64,000 nt of DNA from Eledone cirrhosa (GCA_964016885.1 OZ024741.1:184636001-184700000); one strand, 5' to 3'; counted from the first letter of the stretch, positions 42,019 through 57,001 are shown. Made by a program: numbers and translations. The notes: generated by a model from the letters alone, not told the origin.

Positions 42019-44402
42019 TAGGCATGTTAAACATGCAGCCCTTTGCAAGCACAGCTGCGGCCCGCACAAAGGTTTTTACAGCGGCAGCATGTTTTATTTT
42101 TATAATATAAAATAAAACAAATTCCGATACGATTGTTTTTTTTTTGGTTTTTGTGTGTGTGTGTGATTTTTGTCAACTACTTTTAATTTCCGACAAATCA
42201 CGCGCAGCGCATTAAAAGTTTTAAGCAGAAAACTTTCTTTCAAAATTTCAAAAGTTTTTCTTTTAAAATGGCTAGTGCTCCTCCAGCTAAGAGAAAAAAG
42301 GAAATTGAACGAAGAAGGGCGAGTGTTTGAAGAAAGGTGGAAATTACAATAATTTTGCCCAATGGTGAACGTAAAAGTACACTGTTTAATTAGCAACAAC
42401 TGCATCACCACGCCAAAAGAGTACATTTTGAAAAGGCATTATGAAACGAACCATCGATCTTACGATAAATATGAAGGCCCAATGCGTGTTTCAAGACTCA
42501 AGGAATTGAAGGCTAACTTGACAGCAACAGACCTGTTTTATGTAAATTCATGAAGAGAATGTCGCTTCCATTAATGCAAACTATGAACTCAACCAAATGA
42601 TCGCCATGAGTGGGAAATCTTACAGTGAAGGAGATTTTGTAAAGCAATGCCTTGTAAAAACAGCTGAAATTGTATGACCAGAGAAAGCAGAGTTATTGAA
42701 AGACATTTCATTAACCAGGAACACTGTTGCTGAACAGATTAATGAAATATCAGGTGATCTGAAACAACAGTTGAATACTGTATCATCAAGGTTTGAATAT
42801 TTTTCTATTGTTATTGATGAGACCGTTAACATCACTGGAATAACATAACTTGCATTCTTCATCAGGGCCTGTGACAGCGAATTTAATATTTATGAAGAAC
42901 TGCATGACACTTTGAGAAGCCAGGACATCTTTGAGAAGGTCGAGCAGGTTCTGCATGACTATGATTTTCTTTAGTAAACTAGCATGGTTATCTACTGATG
43001 GTGCTGCGAATATGGTTGGCATATATAATGGTGTTACTGCCAAGTTACGAACAAAAATAGAAAGCTCGCATTCATATTCGTCATTTGCAGATTTTCACTG
43101 TATTATTCATCAGCAAAATTTGTGTTCAAAGATTTTAAAATTGCATAATGTGCTTAGCTTGGTCACAAAGACAGTAAACTATATCAGAGGCCGTGATCTC
43201 AACCGCCGTCAGTTCAGCCAGTTGTTCGAAAGATATGGATAATCAGTTTACCAATGTTCCATTCTACACAGAACTCCGCTGGTTGTCATGTCATAAAATG
43301 CTGAACAGATTCTATTAGTTGAGACAAGAAATAATTATGTTTTTTGGAGATGAAATGTCAAAACACAGATAAAATAAAAGCTGAAAGTTGGCTCCAAGAT
43401 CTGGCTTTGCTGTGGATATTACTGCACAATTAACTGATTTTAACTTGAAATTACAAGGTAAAGCAAACTCATCACTCACTTGTATGATGACATCAAGTGA
43501 TTCATTAGAAAACTAAGCTTATGGAAGTCACAGTTGTCAATTGAAAATTTAGTTCATTTTCCTACGTGCAAAAGCTGAAAAACACCGCCAATACTGAGTC
43601 TGTACTTAGCTTTGCTAAGAATGATAGTCACCTTGATTTGTTGCCAAAGGAATTTCAGCAAAAATGTTGTGATTGCTCATCTTTTCAACATCAGTTTGCA
43701 TTGTTCTCAGCACCATTCACCTTTGATGCTGCCAGGCAGAAGAAAGCCTGCAGATGGAGCTATTGGAAATGCAGTCAGATTCTATACATAGAGCAAAGTA
43801 TATTGAAGTGGGGATACCTGGTTTCTTTTTATACCTTCCTGAAAAGTTAAAAAAATTCAGAAAGTTTGTCACAAAGACTACAGCAATATTTGGTTCTACC
43901 TATGTGTGTAAACAGTTATTTTCCTTCATGAAATTAACAAAAACTTCTCAGAGAACAAGGCTGACTGATCAACACTTGCTATCTCTGATCAATGTCGGAA
44001 CTGTACAGGCATTTCAGCCAGACATACCAAAAATTGTCAACAAAAAGAAGTGTCAAGCCTGAGTACAAAATGGCTGAATAGTAGCAAATAAATGTTTAGT
44101 TTTGAACTGTTGTAATTTTTCTACAATGTATTTGTTACTGTTGCAAGCTGCAAGTATATGTTGTCATTTCAAATTTTAGTTTTTTGTCAAACCACTTCCT
44201 CCCTTTGTATTCATGAATGCTGCTAAAACATTTGTATGTACATTGTACGTTTCTAAATTTAAGTAACAAATTTTTCTGCAATCAATTTTATTAAATTACT
44301 TTAATTAGTTATAATGTGCACAATTAGTTGTCGTGTGCGACTCTCAGACAACACATATGTGACCCATGCGGCCCTTGGGGGACTCTCAGTTTGACATATC
44401 TG
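42019..44402 (+). mobile_element. hAT DNA transposon (Buster/SPIN/GTF2IRD2-like), full length, decayed transposase at ~42268-44062
   Basis: TIRs TAGGCATGTTAAAC / GTTTGACATATCTG; KRHYETNH, IDET, STDGAANMVG, FHCIIHQQNLC, FGSTYVCKQLFS; ATCTAGAC target. Confidence 0.92.
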
Positions 44403-44684
44403 CTTTATATCGAATTTAGATGTAGTAAGCAATATAAATTTGAAAGCATATGTATTTTTTAATTATTTAGGGACCCTAGTGGATGTTGAGGCCCTCAACT
44501 ATAGCTTTTTTACATTAAGACTAAATCCGGCACTCCCTAAAATGTATTTATGTTGTTCTTGCCAAATATTTAAGTCACTTTGTTCTATTTAAAACAGCTA
44601 AGATAAATAAGCGTTTATTAAACATATTATCGTAATTCTGTTTACAAATTTAATCTAAAATACGATGTACCAATTCCTTGGCTG

Positions 44685-44895
44685 GATTGCGCGTTGTGTT
44701 CGTGAGCACAACACTTCGTTTTACGTTGCTCCAGTATAATCAGCTGAAAATAAGTACCAACAATAGCTGGGATTTAACCCTGCGATGGACTGGTGTCCTA
44801 TCCAAGGGATATCTTCTACTCTCAGTCACTTGATGCCATGAGACCGGGATAAGCAGCGGCTTAACGAGCCTTAAATGGCTTAAGACAGACTTTTG
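44685..44895 (+). mobile_element. Ancient SINE with a conserved central domain (V-/Meta-SINE-like)
   Basis: ACCCTGCGATGGACTGGTGTCCTATCCAAGGG core and ACCGGGATAAGC..GAGCC..GGCT..AGACTTT tail. Confidence 0.6.
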
Positions 44896-45253
44896 ACTTA
44901 GACTTAGAACCAAATTTGCATTGCTACGTTGATGCAACACGGCTTATCTTGATCTTGCTCACGTTTCCGTAAATAGTATCACTGTAATCTCTTATGGCAA
45001 GAGCTGCGAGAAGAAAGTATCAGAACCATGACAAAGATTTACTAAAATACTAAAATGATGTATCATGATTAACAAGTAAAAACGCCCATCAGATATTGCA
45101 CCATGACTTCATGATCTTCAAACTGTTGAGAAAGTAGCCGGAAGCTGCAGAAAGAACGGAAGTCATGGAAAAATTGTAAAAATGAGTACAGCATATAACA
45201 TAAATTTCCATCTAGGAAAGTAGATTAACTGCATTGGAGTGCTGAGGGCTCTG

Positions 45254-45330
<77 letters not shown>

Positions 45331-46190
45331 CCCCCCCCACACACACACACACACAGACACACACACACACACACATGCACACATACACACACATGTGCTA
45401 TACGCACACACGTATATATATGGCTCTCTCTCTATCTATGTATATATATATATATACACACACACATATATATATATATATATACTCAAAGACCCTTATA
45501 TATATATATATGCGTGTGCGTGTGTGCATGCCTATGTATGCATATATATATTTATACTCGGAATTCTCCTTGAGTGCTTACTATTATTTGTGACTAATCC
45601 CAGTTTTTTTATTAAAAAAAGAACTCCGATAATATTGCTTATGCTGAACTAGTTTTTGTTGGGCTTTTTTGGAATGTTTTGATTGGTATTTCTTGTAAAC
45701 AGATTTTCGTTTCATTTCGGCTTCACTAGCATTGAGTCCACGTGTGTTAATTCAATTCAACACGCTGTTCTCTTGCCTGCTATTAAATTCTCCTCTGGAA
45801 TTTTAGCAGTGTAATTTACTTAACGTGTTGAGCACTACTGAGGAACGGTACAAACGTGACTAACCCCACTGAAAATGTTCGTGAAATAGTCTTTTAAGAC
45901 TATATAGTGCATTTGTAGATTTCCCAAATTTGAAGGCTAAGTATTTCATTCTTGATTTTATTTTGAGTTAAGATTGTATGGTTTTTTTTCCCCAGCTTAC
46001 ACAAAATCTGAGGATAAAATGTTTTCTTGACTTGGTTTGAATTAGGATGAATTATTTATCCCATATCTTACGTTAAAAATGTTTCATCTTCAGGCTATAG
46101 TCACTTATATGTCTGAATTATTGTCGGCTTTTTGCTTACATTAATTTATCTATTTTCATTTATATATATCTATATATATATATCTATATC

Positions 46191-46332
<142 letters not shown>

Positions 46333-46889
46333 GGTGTGTTGTGCGTGCGTCTGTGACATTAAAAAAAAAAACGAGAATGTGCTTCAGTTTGATCATTTTT
46401 TTTTCAAGGACTTTTTGTATTTCCTTATTAATCTTTCGTGCTAAATCTGGAACAGCAGCGTTCCTAAATCCACGTGTATATTAACGTTTCAAAGACTTCA
46501 CAGCTCCTTGTCCAGAATGAGAATGATCATGCAAGTAACATATTTATCTCGTGCTTAACAATGGTTGTAGAGTATCAAGGGAGTGGTAGGATATTGAGGA
46601 CGCCTGATTTGAAAGTTTTCAACGTTTGAAGCATGGCAATTATTATATGTTTTTCTGAATACTGTATCAGTGTGTTAATTTTGCTGTATATTCTTTTATA
46701 TTAGCGGTGCTCCCATAGTCGTTCTCCTTGCTTTATGAGGTGTTCTATATAGAATTGTAGTGTTATAGACTAATGTATGGAAATGTGTTGCAATAATTTC
46801 TTGTTGTAAGTGAATGATTATGTCGCAGATGTGTGCATGGCTAAATTCTGTTTTAAAGTTAACTGCATGAGTTTTTTGTTTAGTAAGGT

Positions 46890-47045
46890 GGCAAATTGAC
46901 AGAATCGTTAGAACATCGGCTAAAATAATTTGCGGTATTTGTTCCGGTTCTCTGCGCTTTGAGTTCAAATCTCATTCAGGTCAACTCTAGTCGCCATTTC
47001 TTGGACGCTGAGGGTAAATATAATACTCCATTACTGGGGACGATT
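46890..47045 (+). mobile_element. Old SINE copy of the main family
   Basis: TGACAGAATCGTTAGAAC..GCGGTATTT..GAGTTCAAAT. Confidence 0.65.
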
Positions 47046-47545
47046 CTTCTTGTATAATATTTTCTGTATTCACCTCGCTCTTAATATCTCATCTTTTATA
47101 GAAAATAATCGGCACGGTTTTGTCTTTCAATTGTCTTCACTGCTCATGTAAAAGTAAAGTCGGATGCGTTTTCGACAGACCTCGTATATATAAATGCGTG
47201 TAGTCTTAGTAGCTTAACACCAAACAAACCAGGTTATATACCATCATGATCAGCCTTCGGACTTTATACATACACACATACGTCCGTACGTATGTACGTA
47301 CATACATACATGATAGCAGGTTATATACCATCATGATCAGCCTTCGGACTTTATACATACACACATACGTACATACGTATGTACGTAGATACATACAAAC
47401 ATACGTACATACGTATGTACGTAGATACATACACACATACGTACATACGTATGTACGTAGATACATACATACATACATGATGGCTGCCCCCTCGTTATCG
47501 AGTATGGCTATTGCACGAAAAAAAGATAATAATAATAATAATAAT

Positions 47546-47750
47546 GCTTTCTTTAATACCCACAAGGGTTTACACAAAGTAGACATTAAGGACAGTACAG
47601 GACAATACAGGACGGTACAACTGGTCCATCCGTCCAGCGCCCGACGACGCCGTTGGACGGCATGGACCTGCCTCACCAGGTGCCAAGCTGCAAGCCCACC
47701 GACTTTTCCTGGTTGATCATTGCTCCTGTCACCGCTTCGTATTCTCTTAG
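47546..47750 (-). mobile_element. Tx1 copy 3: 3' tip fused to an internal RT fragment
   Basis: 47546-47620 matches the 3' end of copy 2; 47621-47750 matches the RT region of copies 1 and 2 (~6810-6930; ~11985-12077). Confidence 0.88.
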
Positions 47751-48896
47751 TCCCGAGCTGTGTCTATTATTAGGTACAGTGCGGGAATTCTGAAATGGAA
47801 TGTTGCTGAACAAAAAGAACTGGATAGGAAGGCTAGGAAACTATTGACTATCTACAACATCTTCCACAAGAGGATTGATGTCGATAGACTCTACTTAAAG
47901 AGATCTGAAGATGAAAGAAGTCTTACCAGTATAGAGGACTGTGTTCAGATGGAGAAAAACAACCTGCACAAATACGTGACTGACAGTAGGGAGCCAATGC
48001 TCAAAATTTTACTGAAGGAGAGGACAATAGACCAGGGGATGTCCAGGGAGGAAATAACAGCAAGGAGGAAGAGCAACCTTCATGAAATATCCCTTCTTAG
48101 TACCTTCTTTGAGAAAACTGAATTCAGAGATCCACAGGCGTGGAACTGGTTAAAGCGAGGAGACCTTAAAAAGGCTACAGAAGAAATGCTAATGGCTGAG
48201 CAAGAGCAAGCCCTCAGAACGAAGTGGGTGAAACATCATATTTACAAGGAGGCTAGCCCACTGTGTAGGATCTGTGGAGAGAGAGAGGAGACTGTGGCTC
48301 ACATTGTATCCGAGTGTAAACACCTAGCCAAGGCTGGAATCATGATGTGATGGGCAGGGTGATCCACTGGCACATATGCAAAGTAAACAATTTACCGCAT
48401 TCTGAGAAGTGGTATGAGCATAAGCCAGAGTCGGTGATAGAAAACGATCAGGTGAAGGTGCTATGGGATTTTAGGATACAGACGGACAAGAAACTGGAAC
48501 ACAATAGGCCTGACCTGGTGGTTTTAGACAAGGAAAAAAGATCGTGCCTGATTGCAGATGTAGCTTGCCCATTTGACACGAGAGTGCAAGAAAAGGAGAG
48601 GGAGAAAATTAACGGATACCAGGACTTAAAGTGGGAGGTAAAAAGGATTTGGAACTACCATGAAATCAGAGTCGTCCCGATTGTCATAGGCGCACTAGGT
48701 ATTATCTCAAAGAGTTTCCAAGGATGGTTAAATAAAATTAGTGCAGCCCCGCTTTTTGGAACACTTCAAAAGGCATGCTTGCTGGGAACAGCAAGAACCC
48801 TCCGATACGTCCTGAATATCTGAGGCTGCAGGTAGCGGCTTGATATTCATTTCAACAAACTTTCCAGTTAAATAACATCAATGTCTGAAACTCAAA

Positions 48897-48897
<1 letters not shown>
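47751..48897 (+). mobile_element. R4/Dong-clade retrotransposon copy 3, 5'-truncated
   Basis: ORFs 47760-48350 and 48347-48823 closely match copies 1 and 2; (AAT)n tail. Confidence 0.93.
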
Positions 48898-48940
<43 letters not shown>

Positions 48941-49351
48941 TATATCACATAAGAAACGGAGAATCAATGTTGCGACGAATAAAATTTACTAGACATATTA
49001 CAATCGTTTCTCTAGCGATCAGCTCGAGGCGCGATCAATGTAATGGTCGAACCTCATCTGAAATCGCAAGATCCTCAGATACCCCACGATTCCACGAGCC
49101 TACGAAGCAGAGTTTCAAAAATAATGTATATATATAAGAGAGTGTTGAAGTTTGCTTGAAGTATAGGCATAATTAAATCACTTCCAAGGTAATTCTATCT
49201 CGTGTTATTATTTTTACACTCCTTCCTACGTTCCACACACCCTATACGTCTCATTCTACATTTCCTCTCATATCTCTCTCATTACCACCTGATTCTGTTA
49301 CCCGGAGATTTACCCATCTGCATTGTTGAGGCTTCCAAACGACCAATTTTC

Positions 49352-49384
<33 letters not shown>

Positions 49385-49539
49385 ACTCACATATATAAAT
49401 ACCGATATACATACAAATACACAAACACATATATACATGTACACACATACATATATACATATGTACATAATCATATACATACACAAACCCCCCCCCCCCA
49501 CATACACACACACATACATATAGACACATATATATTAAC

Positions 49540-51490
49540 AATTAATGGTACTGTGATCGAATGTGGCTTTTTAGCCCGGCCAATGATCTTAAATGTTTTG
49601 CACAGAGTTGGCAACCACAACATTCACTGACAACAGCCGGCTGTGGTTGGACTTCATATACTTTCGCATGTTGTTTGAGCCTTCCTGCTGATCTACACTT
49701 TCTTCCACATGCTTGACAGGTATGATGAGCAGCATCTTCGACAGCAGCCTGGTAGTCAACCACTGGTCTCACTTTATGACTGCGAAGATGGCTTTCGAGT
49801 CCAGCTTTGCTAAGGCGGTGTCTCCCACAGACGCTGCATGTCAGCACCATAGGAGGACCTTCGCTGTCTGGATATGTAACAGCAACGCCTTTTCTCACAT
49901 CCCTTTTTATTTTCTCGTATACGATTCGAGATGTTTCAAAAGCAACTTTTCCCTCGTGTACAGTCTTTCTCCATTTATCACGATCAGCAGCTACGCTTTA
50001 CCATGTATCAGCAGAGATGTTAGCGTCTTTCAGAGAGGCTTTCAAAGAATCCTTATACCTCTTTTTGGTTTATCTGGAGGTCGTTTTCCAATACCTAACT
50101 CTCCATAAAAAGTTATTTCGGTATTCTAGAATCCTTCAGCCTGGCAAGGTGGCCACTCCATCGGAATCTTTGCTTAAGCACAAGAGCTTCTATACTTTCA
50201 CGCAGAGAGCTTTCCAAAATCTCGACATCACTGATGCGGTCCCTCTAGTGAAAGTCATGGATCCGTCTGATGGAAACGCTCCAATTGTTTAAGGTGGTGT
50301 CGAAATGTGACCCAGGTCTCGCAGGCATAAAGAAGAGAAGAGAGCACACATGTCTTGTAAACCTTTACCTTTGTCTTCTTGCATATGTCTCGCCGACCCC
50401 AGAGTCGCCTTTCTAGCTTTCCGAAAGCATCACTTGCTTTCCTAATCCTGAGTGGAAATTCCTTATCAAGATTGCTGTATCGATTGACAGTTCTCCCCAG
50501 GTAGACAAACTGATCAACCACTCCAAGTCATTTACCATACACATAGATATTTGGTTCACTGTAATGCTTACCAGGGGCGGGTTGGTACATGACGGTTTTC
50601 TTGAGATTGACAGTCAATGATAGGGCAGTGCAAGCATCAGAAAATGCATGGAAAATGTGCTGCATATCAATCTCTGTGTGCGCTACAAGATTGCAATCAT
50701 CTGCATACAAGGGGTCTCTTACGATTGAGGTAAATACTTTTGTTTTTGCAGCAAAGTGTCTGATGTTAAATATGCTGCAAGAGGTTTGAAAGTAGATGTA
50801 AAAGCCATGCTTGCGATTCCTGAATGCAATATAGAAAACCATCGCAAAGTATAAGGCAAACAGGCTCGGTGCTGGAATATCCCCCTGTTTCACTCCATTT
50901 TTCACTGAGATAGGCTCCGACATGGGAAGACCTAACCAAAGCAAGGAACTTATCAGGGCAACCAAGTTTCTGGAGAACCTTCCACAATGCATTTCTGTTA
51001 ACAGTATCGAAAGCTTTTGTCAGGTCAACAAAAACCTGATACAGATCCAAACCTAGTTCCACGCACTTCTCCTGGAGCTGTCTAGCTCAGAAGATCATAT
51101 CAGTAGTGCCGCGTCCCGCAGGAAAACCAGATTGACTTTCAGGAAGAACACAACCTGCGATGTGTGTCAGCAGACGGTCCAGAAGCACTCTACATAACAT
51201 TTTTCCTACGAGAGAAAACAATGATATACCCCTGTAGTTTCCACAATCATTCTTGTTACCATTTCCCTTGTTCAAGTACGAATTCACTAGACCATATCCT
51301 GCCAAACGAAGACTGAAGATGTTGCAGAATTCTCTCACCACCATATTGTAAGAGCTCTGCATGCCTAGAGACCTTCCACTTCTCAGCTTCGAGATAGCTA
51401 CTGCAACCTCCCCAAATGGCGGTGCTTCTGCGAGAGCTACTTTCAGACGTTTTTCAGGAATGAGATTGAGGAAATCTGAGGCAATTTTCT
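49540..51490 (-). mobile_element. RTE-clade LINE, 5'-truncated, decayed, with three C-terminal C2H2 zinc fingers
   Basis: NYRGISL, PESQSGF..GRGTTDMIF, FVDLTKAFDTV, GVKQG, YADD, FVYLG, LLYACETW; three CxxC..GL..H fingers. Confidence 0.92.
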
Positions 51491-53591
51491 AATGTGTTAG
51501 GTCATATATTCATTCAACGCAAGGATAGCTGCCAAAATATCAAAATGCCGTCAATGACAGTGTTGGGTAAATCTTTATGTGTTTGTGATAATGTACCTGC
51601 GTATCTGTGTTTATATGTAGAAATAATAAACATTTTCCAACACATGTTAATAATTCGTATGTTGTATATTGAGTAATTTTCTTCATCGATATGTGTATTT
51701 TTCTCTGTATATAAATATTTACTATTATACATATATTCAAATACTACTATTATACATATATTCAAATGTGTAAATAATATACTGTCCATTAACTGTATGT
51801 ATTTAGAACTAGTTCTGATATTAAACCCCATGACTGGTTTTGATGAATATCGAACCAACTGGTTCCCTTGTTACCTTACAATGCATCAACAATGTCTGTA
51901 GCAAGGAGACTTGTTATTAATATCTAAAGAATTGTGCCAACGGTCAACTCATTATTTTCGAAACTAACTATTTACAATCTAAATATGTGTTCCATCACAG
52001 GAATAAACAAATGTGTTTGTTAGCGATTCATTTTTGGTGGTATTACTTTTTCTGTTCATACATATGCATATATTTTTAATGTGTTTGTATAATATTTCAA
52101 TGAAATGTCTCATCGTTTATCATCTAAATGTTATATATTTTTAAAGATGTTGTATAATTAGACGTATGTAAGTGTATTTATAAGGGAAAGAAGCAATATT
52201 TAATAATAAAGATAATAAAGAAAGAGCAAGTCAATGTTTTATGTTTAGATACAGAATGCTTCGGCTGTTTTTGCACATAAAGCGTTTCTAGTTGTACTTC
52301 TCATTCTAGCCCGACCACACTCCTACCCCCACTATATGAGGTGTATTATCCTCTTGCTAAAACATCTGCTGAGCTTTCAAATTAATCTTAGTTGCAGTGA
52401 CAACCACCATTTGAAACGTTTTTAAATAGTAAAGAAATAGACTAGTGTAAGGAAATACTAGGAAGCCTCAATCAAATATATTTCACATGTGATATTGTTG
52501 TTGTTTCTGTCGTTATTTAACCCTAGCTATGCCGTTTCAAGAGATATATTTGATGGTGTATCTCAGCTGTAGTTATTCCATCTTTCTTATTTCATCGAAT
52601 CTGTTTCTTAAATTTCATTATGCGTCTCCCCTGTTTAGGAAATGATGGTGGTATAATGGAATTTATGGAGATGTGGCTGCTGATTCTAATAGCGTGCGAC
52701 TACACAGTGTCTCTATATCTATGACAATAACCACTTGATAGAGGATCTGTGTAACTCCACGGTAGATTTGGACAAGCTGTCCTGTGATATATAGGTAGTT
52801 CACTACCCTACGACCAGCCAGGCGTTATTTACACATCAGCTGCTTCAGACATTCACATAACTATGGGCTTCATTACACATTCTGACAAGCAGTCATTAAT
52901 ATAAAATAAAATTTGATGGCGACTGTTAGCAAACGCCCAGGTCAAGGTCCTTTAGATTGCTCAATTCGACAGAGACAAATGTTGGCAGTAGGACCATCTC
53001 ATGAGGTTCAACGCAAAGGGTCCATTTCAATCCTTCCCCAATGGAACAAATTTCTCATTGGAAAATAATGTAAATAGATGAATATTCGACAGACTGTTCT
53101 AACATCAACGTAATGCTTAACCAATTTCAATAAGGCATTGTGTATGGTTGAGAATTTCACAAAAATTTAATATAATTCTCATGTAGAATAAACCTGACAC
53201 TATGTCTAGGCCCTTGAATAGATGTCCTGTAAATCCAACAGGTTTCTACAAAATTTCCGCCATAACGCTTGGGTCAACACCTTGCTGTGTCAGAAAGAAA
53301 CTTACGCAAGGTGATTACAGATAAGCTGATATACTCAGCAATCCAACATGTTGTCTATCAATGTTTCTTCTTCCCAATTATTCCAATCAAGAAAGACAGT
53401 GATAAACAAGTAATATTTAAATATCTCAATTACTCATAGGTTTCAGGTTTTATAGATACGTAAATGGATGTATGATATCTGGTCCTAGGTTGCTTTATTT
53501 GTGTCCATGCTGTTAAAACGACTTGGGCCAGGATTACAATATTACTATTCTGTGAACTTTCTCCTACTTATACCACTTTATCTATATTTGT

Positions 53592-53593
53592 AC

Positions 53594-53627
<34 letters not shown>

Positions 53628-53636
53628 GCACACGCA

Positions 53637-53709
<73 letters not shown>

Positions 53710-53719
53710 ACACACACAC

Positions 53720-53800
<81 letters not shown>
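53592..53800. repeat. (CA)n microsatellite
   Basis: Direct reading. Confidence 0.97.
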
Positions 53801-53804
<4 letters not shown>

Positions 53805-55796
53805 TACACACAAAACCCTTCATGTTTATAATAAAAGAACAGATGCACGTTAGTGAACACCAACGCGATTTTAATTACAAAATAGAAAACAGAGATTAAT
53901 ACATAATTCAACAAAACCTGATATTTTACTAACCTAGCGTCAAGTTTCACCTTTCGATTCATCTGATGGAGTTGGCAAAATGTCTGTATATACAGTATTT
54001 ATAAAATTGTTGTTAAAGTCGATTACTTTTCTGTTACTTGTCTAATAGGAGATATTGCGCTCAACTAAGGTATATAACATTTGCTGTTAACATTTATTTT
54101 AGGTGCCATGCATAAGTTGATAAAGCTGCCTTGTGCTTCTCCTCTTCGTTTCCATGTTTGACTTACTGCTGTGTGCCAACCTAAAAATCTACGTTATAAT
54201 ATAAGTCTTTTCTGCTTGTGTACGCCTTCTTAAGAATGTGATATTGGCTTTGTAAAAACAGCTTTCATTCTTTCATTGCACAATTGCCACAAATAAACAT
54301 AAATCTATGCGCCTGCAATTAGAACTATTCTATTGTAAACTTACATATTATGATACTGCGAATGTTTCTTGTGCAGCTGTAGCTGACATTCCTATTTAGT
54401 TATTACATTATTTATGACACTTGGATAATTGAAAAACATTTATTAATTAATTTTAAACAGTTTCTGGCTATATTTTATAATCTGTCTACGAGTAGTAAAA
54501 TGGTTGTTTAAATCACGTTATATTCTGTTATATGTACAGCAAAAAATTCTCATATATCCTAACAAAAACTAGAGGCAACATATATATAAAAAGCTAGAAA
54601 TAAAATCAAAATACTTCCAGAAGAACAAACTTCATTTATCAAATTATAAGGGAGAAAGATGTGTCCAGATTGGATACTTGGACATTGACACTATGTTCAG
54701 TCTAATCACTAGACCCAACTGAATGTATAAAACGAGCTAAATGATTGGGGTACACTATCCTGTCCCCGAGAATCCGTGAATGATATAAATACTCACCAGC
54801 TGGTTACTGACAGTCTGAAACTTTAAGAAATGAAAATGTAGTCAACTTACACAAACATATAATAAGTTTGTTCTCTACTTGAGGTAATGAGCTCTTCTTG
54901 CTTTGTTTGGAATACTATATCGTTCAACATACCAACATATATAAATGTATACTCACACTCCTTCACACAAACACACATACACACATACATAGATATACAT
55001 GTATATGTACGGGAAATCTTATAAACGTAATTAATGAACACAAGACTATGGTCAAGATATTTCAGTGGGAACAAATCCGAAGCTCGTGGTTGTTAATCCA
55101 ACCTTTTAATTACATAACATTTTTTTAGCTGTCGAATCGAATATTAAGTGACACATCACTAACAACAACTCTCTTTTAGCTCGGCTGAAGCATAAAGTCT
55201 GATACAGAGACAGACACACCACTCCCAATATAAATAAATGCACGATGGGATTTGCTGCATAGATACCGGGTTTCAGATTACATCCACAAGTATTTATGTA
55301 ACCGAAGCTACCTTAGAAGCCTTTGCCATAATTTTTACACACTCGGATCGAACACGGAAGAATAGAGTTGAGAATAAAACATCTTAATCATACAAGTTTG
55401 TTTGTACCAATTTTATTCTACCATATATATAATATATCTTTACCCTATTTGAAGTAGTTCAGCGGCGGATAATGCTGAAACACTTAAACAAATGGCTCAC
55501 AATGTTTAGCTTCGTAATTCTGATTTCGAAACCCGGTCACGAAAAGATGGCATGTTTTTTATAACTATAAGCTATGCGCTTGCTTCGATTCAACCAATAA
55601 AATCTACACTAACCACTTAGAATTTATGGCTTTGAGTCAAAACGAGGAAGGAACTTCTAAATAATCTATTCTATTCTCTGTATTTTTGGTTTTGCTTTGC
55701 TCTGTATCTTTGAAATTTCAAAAGCTCTCATTGCAACATTTGCACCTCTCATGGCTTTTATTCCTCTCTTTCATCATCTCCACATACTACAAGCTG

Positions 55797-56037
<241 letters not shown>

Positions 56038-56293
56038 GGCACAAGCACACACACTGTCTGTTACTATTGCCTACTTTCTCTTTCTCTCCCCCTGTCGTTG
56101 AAATCATCGTGATCTTGTATTTTTAAGTAAGCATCACGTTCGTATTTATATGTTTTCATTTGACCTTTTAATCCATATTCGTTTATTTTCTATTTGTCTA
56201 TTCCTCTCACCCTCATTCTTATTTCCCTTTATATATATATATATATATACACACATACACACACACATATATATATACACACACATACACACG

Positions 56294-56365
<72 letters not shown>

Positions 56366-56443
56366 TTGACGGGACTAGCATATATACATACACACACAGC
56401 CACATTTATATATATGATGTATATATATATATATATGTGCGTG

Positions 56444-56494
<51 letters not shown>

Positions 56495-57001
56495 TAAAAT
56501 GCATACACAAAATTTGGTGCCAGTGTGTGTTTCTCCAAGACCCCAACCTTTCTCTAATCCCTAGTAACTGTTTCCAACATATTCCTGCTTTCCATCTACA
56601 AGAAGCTGTAACAATTGGAGAATATATATTTCTCTTCATGTTTGCATATGTATTACATTTTTTTTAACTGCTCTCTATTCTGACACACGAATGTATCTAT
56701 CAGATGGACAAAAGTGTATGAACTATAAAAGAATATATTTCGTTTAAAATGAGAGGATATGTTACACGATTGAATAAAAGAAATGTAAAGAAATGAAATA
56801 AAAAAGAATGTATTTCTTTTACACATATAATTGGGTCTGGTTATTTATAAAATCAGTCATATGCAGAAGCATACGCACTCTCACACACAAACATATTTAT
56901 GTAGGTATGTATACCCACTATCTATATATATAACTCTATATATATTTATGTCCAATCATGCAAATGTGTATATGTAAATACACACACAAACCTGGCATAT
57001 A

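Noticed and set aside
51494-53100. Possible host exons in unique sequence
   Set aside because: No recognisable protein similarity or consistent splice-flanked frame
56510-56630. Possible minus-strand exon after TTGTAG
   Set aside because: In-frame stops and no homology recognised
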